Positions 58,528 through 64,000 of a DNA stretch of 64,000 nt are shown piece by piece. Position numbers and translations under genes: made by a program. The stretch lies in the NCBI GenBank assembly GCA_045590195.1, contig JAZNQN010000044.1, forward strand, positions 100,889-164,888. Direction: 5' to 3'. Each line of letters begins with the position of its first letter. Within the stretch, counting starts at the first letter, position 1. This DNA comes from Clostridia bacterium. GTDB taxonomy: Bacteria; Bacillota; Clostridia; UMGS1883; UMGS1540. Below the pieces are notes generated by a model. The model did no database searches and had not been told where the DNA came from. It saw nothing but the letters and a program-made list of their open reading frames with translations.

Positions 58528-59961
58528 TTAAAGTTTGAAGTTTACGCTATCGTCGCCTTCGCCTTCAGCATTAAATTCATAATCTTTACCAGGCAAAATT
58601 GCGTTAAGTACGATACCGAGAATAGAAGCCACAGCCAAAGCTGAAAGTGAAATTGTTACAGAACCAATTGTAAATGTAGCGGCAGTTCCAAGACCAAGAG
58701 CTGAAACCAAAATTACAGCTGCAACAATTAAGTTACGGCTCTTTGTGAAGTCAACTTTGTTTTCAACAACGTTTCTGACACCGATTGCAGAAATCATACC
58801 ATAAAGGATAAATGAAATACCACCGATTACAGCTGTTGGAATAACGTTTACCAAAGCTGCAAATTTAGGTGAGAACGAAAGAAGTACTGCGATTACAGCC
58901 GCAATACGAACAACCTTTGGATCGTATACTTTTGAAAGCGCCAAAACGCCTGTGTTTTCGCCATAAGTAGTATTTGCAGGACCACCGAAAATAGCTGAAA
59001 GTGATGTTGCAAGACCATCACCCATAAGTGAACGATGAAGACCGGGAGATGCGATAAAGTTTTTACCAACTGTTGAAGAAATAGCTGAAATATCGCCGAT
59101 ATGTTCCATCATTGTAGCAAGTGAAATTGGCATAATAGCAACAATTGAACTGATTACAAGTGAAGTATTTGACCAGTCAACACCACCGAAAATTGTATTG
59201 TTCCATTTAATTGGGAAACCAATCCAAGCAGCTTCTTTAAGCTGATCAAGTGCTGAGGCTGAGAAAAGGCGCATATTGTCGCTTCCGAGGAAAGCAATAT
59301 AGCTGTTTCCATCAGCACCAACGATTTCACTTCCGCCAACTAAAGCAAGAATTGCACCAATAGCTACTGAACCGAGAACGCCAATTAAGATAGGAATAAT
59401 TTTAGCCATTCCTTTGCCCCAGATGTTGAAAATTACAACAAGTGCAAGCGCGATAACAGCCAAAAGCCAGTTTGATGTACAGTTTCCTACTGCACTGCCT
59501 GCAAGGCCAAGACCAATACAAATAATGATTGGGCCTGTTACTACAGGTGGGAAAAACTTCATAACCTTTTTAATGCCAACGGCTTTAATAAGCCCAGCCA
59601 ACACAAGGTATACAAGACCTGCCGCAGCAACACCTATTCCAGCGTATGGAAGAAGTTGTGCATTTGTCATTTCGCCTACACCTGCCATAGGTGCAATAGC
59701 TGCATATCCGCCCAAAAATGCGAATGATGAACCTAAAAATGCAGGAACTTTTCCGCCTGTTAAAAGGTGGAATAAAAGTGTTCCAAGACCTGCCATTAAA
59801 AGAGTTGTTGCAATGTCAAGTCCAGTTAACAAAGGCACGAGCACAGTTGCACCAAACATTGCAAATGTGTGCTGAAAACCGAGAACTAACATCTTCGGTA
59901 TGCCTAAAACCTTGGCATCATGAATACCTTCATTGCCGATAACAAATTTTTCTTTTGCCAC
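58528..59961 (-). CDS. pyrP: uracil permease (NCS2 family)
   Basis: NCS2 motifs (…[20 protein letters not shown]…) and 12-14 TM. GTG start with an AGAAGG RBS. Upstream of upp, as in many Firmicutes. Confidence 0.88.
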   Translation of the reverse strand: MAKEKFVIGNEGIHDAKVLGIPKMLVLGFQHTFAMFGATVLVPLLTGLDIATTLLMAGLGTLLFHLLTGGKVPAFLGSSFAFLGGYAAIAPMAGVGEMTNAQLLPYAGIGVAAAGLVYLVLAGLIKAVGIKKVMKFFPPVVTGPIIICIGLGLAGSAVGNCTSNWLLAVIALALVVIFNIWGKGMAKIIPILIGVLGSVAIGAILALVGGSEIVGADGNSYIAFLGSDNMRLFSASALDQLKEAAWIGFPIKWNNTIFGGVDWSNTSLVISSIVAIMPISLATMMEHIGDISAISSTVGKNFIASPGLHRSLMGDGLATSLSAIFGGPANTTYGENTGVLALSKVYDPKVVRIAAVIAVLLSFSPKFAALVNVIPTAVIGGISFILYGMISAIGVRNVVENKVDFTKSRNLIVAAVILVSALGLGTAATFTIGSVTISLSALAVASILGIVLNAILPGKDYEFNAEGEGDDSVNFKL

Positions 59962-60003
59962 TTGAATTACCTTCTTTCTTTTGAATTTAGTTTAACCTTT
60001 ATT

Positions 60004-60032
60004 ATTATACATTATTTGACAAATGTTGTCAA
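60004..60032 (-). promoter_or_regulatory. consensus promoter of pyrP-upp with an overlapping 7-3-7 palindrome
   Basis: TTGACA, 17-nt spacer, TATAAT on the minus strand. TTGACAAatgTTGTCAA at 60016-60032 covers the -35. Confidence 0.6.
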
Positions 60033-60047
60033 CGAAAACATATAAAA

Positions 60048-60076
60048 CAGTTTTATATTGAATTTTTTTGAAAAAT
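60048..60076 (+). promoter_or_regulatory. promoter of the ABC-F gene
   Basis: TTGAAT, 17-nt spacer, TATAAT. Confidence 0.5.
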
Positions 60077-60116
60077 AATATATAATGTTAAAAGACAAAA
60101 ATTTTGAGGTGAATTT

Positions 60117-62006
60117 ATGGCAATTTTAAGCATTGGAAGCCTTAGCAAAAGTTTTGGCGAAAATGTTCTTTTTGAAAATGTTTCGTTCTCTGTTTCTGAA
60201 AACGACAAAATTGGTTTTATTGGCGGAAACGGAGCAGGAAAAACTACTCTTTTTAAAATAATTTGCGGCGAAGAGCTTAAAGATAATGGAACGCTTTCTA
60301 TCTCTTCCCAAATAAAAATTTCATATATGCAGCAGTTTCCTTTAAAAGATTCTGAAAAAACTGTTTACGATGAAGCACTTCAGGTTTTTTCATATCTTGA
60401 AGAAATTGAGAAAAAAGAAAAAGAAGTGACCGACAAAATAGCTCTAGGCCTTGATATACCTAAATACATTGAGCTTCAGCACGATTTGAGAGTTCAGTTT
60501 GAAAATATGGGCGGACTTACCTATAAATCGAGGACCAGATCAATGCTTTTGGGGCTTGGTTTTTCGGAAAATGACTTAGATTTACCTGTATCCGCTTTAA
60601 GCGGTGGCGAAAAAACAAGGGTTTCGCTTGCAAAAATGCTTTTATCTGACTCTGATTTACTTCTTCTTGACGAGCCTACAAATCATCTTGACATGGATGC
60701 GGTGGCTTTTCTGGAGGACTACTTAAAAGCCTGGAAAAAAGCTTTTATCGTAATTTCTCACGACCGCTATTTTCTTGACAGCGTAACAGAAAAAACAATG
60801 GAGCTTGAAAACAAAAATTTAAAGCTTTTCAATGCGCCTTATTCTAAATATTTAAGTTTTAAGGAAAACGACTGGGAAATTACCAAGAAACACTACGAAA
60901 ACGATTTAAAAGAAATTAAGCGAATTGAAGGAATAATTGAACAGCAGCGAAGATGGAACAGAGAAAAAAACATCAGAACGGCTGAAAGCAAACAGAAAAT
61001 GCTTGACAAAATGGTTTCAAACCTCAAAAAGCCTGATGCCCTTCAAAAAGATGTTGCAATTTCTTTTTCGGCTAAAGTACAAAGCGGATTTGATGTTTTA
61101 AAATGCGATTCACTTTCAAAAGCATTTGATAGTGAACAGCTTTTCAGCAACTTGTCCATTGACATTAAAAGAGGCGACCGTGCGTTTATTATTGGCGGTA
61201 ACGGAACAGGAAAATCTACGCTATTTAATATAATAACCAGACGTATTGAAGCCGACAGCGGAACTTTTTCCCTTGGTACAAAGGTTGATTTGGGATATTT
61301 TGACCAGCACTCTTCCGACCTTTCTGCATCAGGAACAGTAATTTCAGAAATAAGAAATGCACATCCACAGATGACTGATACGGAAATAAGATGCGCTCTG
61401 GCAGGATTTTTATTCTTTGGCGATGATGTTTTTAAAGAAATTTCTGCCCTCAGCGGTGGCGAAAGAGCCAGGGTTGCCTTACTTAAGCTTATGCTTTCAG
61501 GCCACAATTTACTGCTTCTTGACGAGCCTACAAACCATCTTGACATTAAAAGCCGTGAGGCGCTTGAAGATGCGCTTTTATCTTACAACGGAACTGTTCT
61601 GGCAATTTCTCACGACCGTTATTTTATAAACAAGCTTGCAACAAGAATTTATGCTTTGCAAAAAAATGGTATGAGCCTTTATGAAGGTAATTATGATTAT
61701 TACAAGCAGAAAAAGATTGAGGCTACGCCTCAGGCGGTTAAATCCCCCAAAAAAGAAAATACTTACGAAATTCAAAAAGCTGAAAGAGCCGAGCTTAAAC
61801 GCCTTCAGCGAAATTTAGAAAAATGTGAAGGCGATATTGCCAAAAACGAAGAAAGAGTAAAAACACTTGAAGAAGAGCTTTTAAAAGCAGGCTCAGATTA
61901 CGTTAAGGCCACAGAAATCACCGAAGAAATTTCCGCTTTAAACGAGGCTTTGGCAGATTTATACGCACTTTGGGAGGAGCTTTCTTTAAAGCTTTCGGAA
62001 AATTAA
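60117..62006 (+). CDS. ABC-F family ATP-binding cassette protein (Uup/YdiF-like, two ABC domains + C-terminal coiled coil)
   Basis: Two Walker A (GGNGAGKTT and GGNGTGKST), two signatures (LSGGEKTRVSLA and LSGGERARVALL), an inter-domain linker of about 80 aa, and a C-terminal coiled coil. Confidence 0.9.
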   Translation: MAILSIGSLSKSFGENVLFENVSFSVSENDKIGFIGGNGAGKTTLFKIICGEELKDNGTLSISSQIKISYMQQFPLKDSEKTVYDEALQVFSYLEEIEKKEKEVTDKIALGLDIPKYIELQHDLRVQFENMGGLTYKSRTRSMLLGLGFSENDLDLPVSALSGGEKTRVSLAKMLLSDSDLLLLDEPTNHLDMDAVAFLEDYLKAWKKAFIVISHDRYFLDSVTEKTMELENKNLKLFNAPYSKYLSFKENDWEITKKHYENDLKEIKRIEGIIEQQRRWNREKNIRTAESKQKMLDKMVSNLKKPDALQKDVAISFSAKVQSGFDVLKCDSLSKAFDSEQLFSNLSIDIKRGDRAFIIGGNGTGKSTLFNIITRRIEADSGTFSLGTKVDLGYFDQHSSDLSASGTVISEIRNAHPQMTDTEIRCALAGFLFFGDDVFKEISALSGGERARVALLKLMLSGHNLLLLDEPTNHLDIKSREALEDALLSYNGTVLAISHDRYFINKLATRIYALQKNGMSLYEGNYDYYKQKKIEATPQAVKSPKKENTYEIQKAERAELKRLQRNLEKCEGDIAKNEERVKTLEEELLKAGSDYVKATEITEEISALNEALADLYALWEELSLKLSEN

Positions 62007-63112
62007 TAAAATACTCCCACAAATATTTTTACGCTTTTTTTGAAAAGCTCATAAAAATTATCTTTTTCTGGGAGCAGTACATCGCGGTTTGAAATAAGCG
62101 CACACTCTCCCATTTTAACTCCATTTAAAGTAACTGTGACCTTTCCCACCTTTTGCCCCCTCTTTACGGGCAGGGTAATTTTCAGGGGAAGGTCGGTATA
62201 TTTTTCAAGGTTTTTAGCTTCGGCATCGCTTAAGAACACTCCAATATTGTTTTCACACACAACGGGTACTCTTTCGCCGTTTTCTGCCATTATTTCGCCA
62301 AACTCACTTCCGCCCTCAACAGGAATTATAAGCTTATAGTTTTCATATATGTAATCAAAAAGCTTTGTATGGTCGCTCCAGTCATCAGGGGCGTTTAATG
62401 TTACGGCAATTATTCTTTTTCCGCCTCTTTCGCAGGCAGAAACCAAACAACGGCCGCTTTTTTTGGTGTAGCCGGTTTTAACCCCTATTACCCCATCACA
62501 CATTTTTAAAAGCTTATTATGGTTTGTATAAGTTGCCCTTTCAGTTGTTTTCTGCCATGTGGCGGCTATTTCTGCAAAAAGTTTATTATTCATTGCGTGG
62601 GCAGTTATTTTAGCCATATCAAGGGCAGTTGTAATATGCCCTTCTTCATCAAGGCCGTTTGGGTTTTTAAAGCTTGTTTGCAAGGCTCCGATTTCGTGTG
62701 CACGCTGTGTCATTTTTTCTGCAAAAGCAGATACGTTTCCGCTAATATGCTCGGCAAGGGCAACGGCGGCATCGTTACCTGAGGGCAGCATAAGCCCCCA
62801 CAAAAGCTCGGAAACAGTTACTTTTTCCCCTACTTTTAAATACATTGAACTGCCTTCCTGATATGCGGCGTTTTGAGAAACAGTTACTATTTCATCGCCT
62901 TTTCCATATTCGCAGGCCAAAAGTGCCGTCATAATTTTTGTTGTGCTTGCCATAGTCATCGGTGCAGTTGCATTTTTTGAATATAGTACTCTGCCGTTTT
63001 CGGCATCTATTACTACTGCGCTTCTGGCTGAAAGGTTTAACCCATCAGCATACACAGAGCAGGATAATATTAAAAATACTAAAATTACACTTATTCTTTT
63101 CAAAAAAATCAC
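62003..63112 (-). CDS. D-alanyl-D-alanine carboxypeptidase (S11, PBP5/DacB-type)
   Basis: SxxK (ASTTKIMT), SGN (LPSGND), KTG (VKTGYT). Signal peptide. The start is more likely TTG at 63103 (GGGTGA RBS) than the GTG at 63112. Confidence 0.88.
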   Translation of the reverse strand: MIFLKRISVILVFLILSCSVYADGLNLSARSAVVIDAENGRVLYSKNATAPMTMASTTKIMTALLACEYGKGDEIVTVSQNAAYQEGSSMYLKVGEKVTVSELLWGLMLPSGNDAAVALAEHISGNVSAFAEKMTQRAHEIGALQTSFKNPNGLDEEGHITTALDMAKITAHAMNNKLFAEIAATWQKTTERATYTNHNKLLKMCDGVIGVKTGYTKKSGRCLVSACERGGKRIIAVTLNAPDDWSDHTKLFDYIYENYKLIIPVEGGSEFGEIMAENGERVPVVCENNIGVFLSDAEAKNLEKYTDLPLKITLPVKRGQKVGKVTVTLNGVKMGECALISNRDVLLPEKDNFYELFKKSVKIFVGVFY

Positions 63113-63148
63113 CCATATAAACTATATGAGTGATTTTTTGAAATTTGC

Positions 63149-64000
63149 TTACTTTTTAACAAGATATTTTCTTACATCAATTGAAACTGCAAGAATAATA
63201 ATTATGCCCTTTATTATATACTGCAGATACGGGCTTACGCCTATAAAATTAAGTCCGTAATTTATAAACTGCAAAATAACTGTTCCTATTAAAACCCCCG
63301 GAATTGTTCCAACGCCGCCTGAAAACGAAACGCCACCAACTACGCAGGCCGAAATTGCATCAAGCTCATAGTTTATGCCCGTATTACTGGTTGCCGAGCC
63401 TATTCGTCCTGCCTCAAGGAAACCGGCAATACCATATAAAATGCCCGAAATTATAAAAATTGTTATTATATTCTTTGCCAGGTTTACGCCCGAAACTGCT
63501 GCCGCTTCGGGGTTTCCGCCAATTGCGAACATATTTCTGCCAAGGCGGGTTTTGTTCCATATAAACCACATAATTGCCGCTATAACAATAAGATAAATTA
63601 TAAGATACGGCAACTCGAAACTGCCTATTTTAAGAGAGCCTGTTACAAAGTTTGTATACCTTTCATCAAAATTTGCAATCGGCTGTGCGCCAAGTGGTGG
63701 TCGGTCGATATAAATACAGGAAAGGCCATAGGCAATAAGCTGTGTTCCAAGGGTTATAATAAATGCGTGAACCTTAAGCTTTGCCACGCCAAAACCGTTT
63801 ACCGCACCAAACGCAGCACCTACTGCCGCAGAAATTAAAAGCGGCACAATTATAGGTAGTTGCGGCAAATCGGGATACATTCTTGAAGAATAGCTTACCG
63901 ACTGCAAAAGCGATGCCGCAAGTATTGCGGTAAGGCCTAAAATTCTGCCGGCAGAAAGGTCGGTTCCCTGAAGCACTATAAGCCCTGCAACCCCCAAAGC
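63149..64000 (-). CDS. ABC transporter permease (branched-chain/ribose-type inner-membrane subunit), 3' part; N-terminus beyond window
   Basis: Polytopic hydrophobic sequence typical of the BPD/branched-chain ABC permease family. The ORF is open at the window edge. Confidence 0.75.
   Translation of the reverse strand, partial: ALGVAGLIVLQGTDLSAGRILGLTAILAASLLQSVSYSSRMYPDLPQLPIIVPLLISAAVGAAFGAVNGFGVAKLKVHAFIITLGTQLIAYGLSCIYIDRPPLGAQPIANFDERYTNFVTGSLKIGSFELPYLIIYLIVIAAIMWFIWNKTRLGRNMFAIGGNPEAAAVSGVNLAKNIITIFIISGILYGIAGFLEAGRIGSATSNTGINYELDAISACVVGGVSFSGGVGTIPGVLIGTVILQFINYGLNFIGVSPYLQYIIKGIIIILAVSIDVRKYLVKK

Overview
This 64-kb window looks like chromosomal DNA from a low-GC Gram-positive bacterium (Firmicutes, probably Clostridia-like). 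The evidence is AT-rich intergenic regions, GGAGG-type ribosome-binding sites, sigma-A TTGACA/TATAAT promoters and frequent TTG/GTG start codons. I see no rRNA, CRISPR array, transposase or integrase; the only RNA gene I can recognise is one tRNA-Thr(CGU).

In order along the window:
- A carbohydrate-catabolism island: three AraC-family regulators, a large uncharacterised Cys-rich 897-aa protein, a PfkB sugar kinase and a cupin D-lyxose/D-mannose-type isomerase.
- A potABCD-like polyamine ABC importer with a long structured leader.
- tRNA-Thr and an adjacent promoter-to-terminator unit that may be a small RNA.
- Two tandem NlpC/P60 cell-wall hydrolase paralogs that share a duplicated promoter module.
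- A divergent oxidoreductase/isomerase locus with an EamA transporter and an AraC regulator.
- ahcY, followed by the glycogen operon glgC-glgD-glgA-glgP-GH13 amylase with a cation/proton antiporter at its 3' end.
- A run of about 17 kb of co-directional minus-strand housekeeping genes: rnj, an mtlD-like dehydrogenase, DUF4430, pncB, Fe-ADH, a Zn-ribbon/beta-propeller protein, mutS2, an aminotransferase, trpS, tagO/wecA, wecB, gltX, a DivIVA-domain protein and an M23 peptidase. Inside it sits a strikingly AT-rich gene for a membrane protein with a poly-lysine tail.
- A cell-division and envelope module: PucR-type regulator, ftsE, ftsX, an EnvC-like M23 peptidase and a CtpA-like protease.
- metK without an S-box riboswitch, co-located with small membrane proteins.
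- recD2-comFC, pyrP-upp, an ABC-F protein, a D-Ala-D-Ala carboxypeptidase and the 3' end of an ABC permease.

The most unusual items are listed under findings: (a) the roughly 385-nt potA leader with a consensus promoter and a terminator hairpin abutting the RBS; (b) the independent promoter/terminator unit beside tRNA-Thr; (c) the compositionally foreign gene between mutS2 and the aminotransferase; (d) the large Cys-rich enzyme in the mannose/lyxose-type sugar island.

All functional calls come from motif and family recognition by eye, without database searches. ORF-track starts were corrected wherever an RBS-supported start codon was visible.
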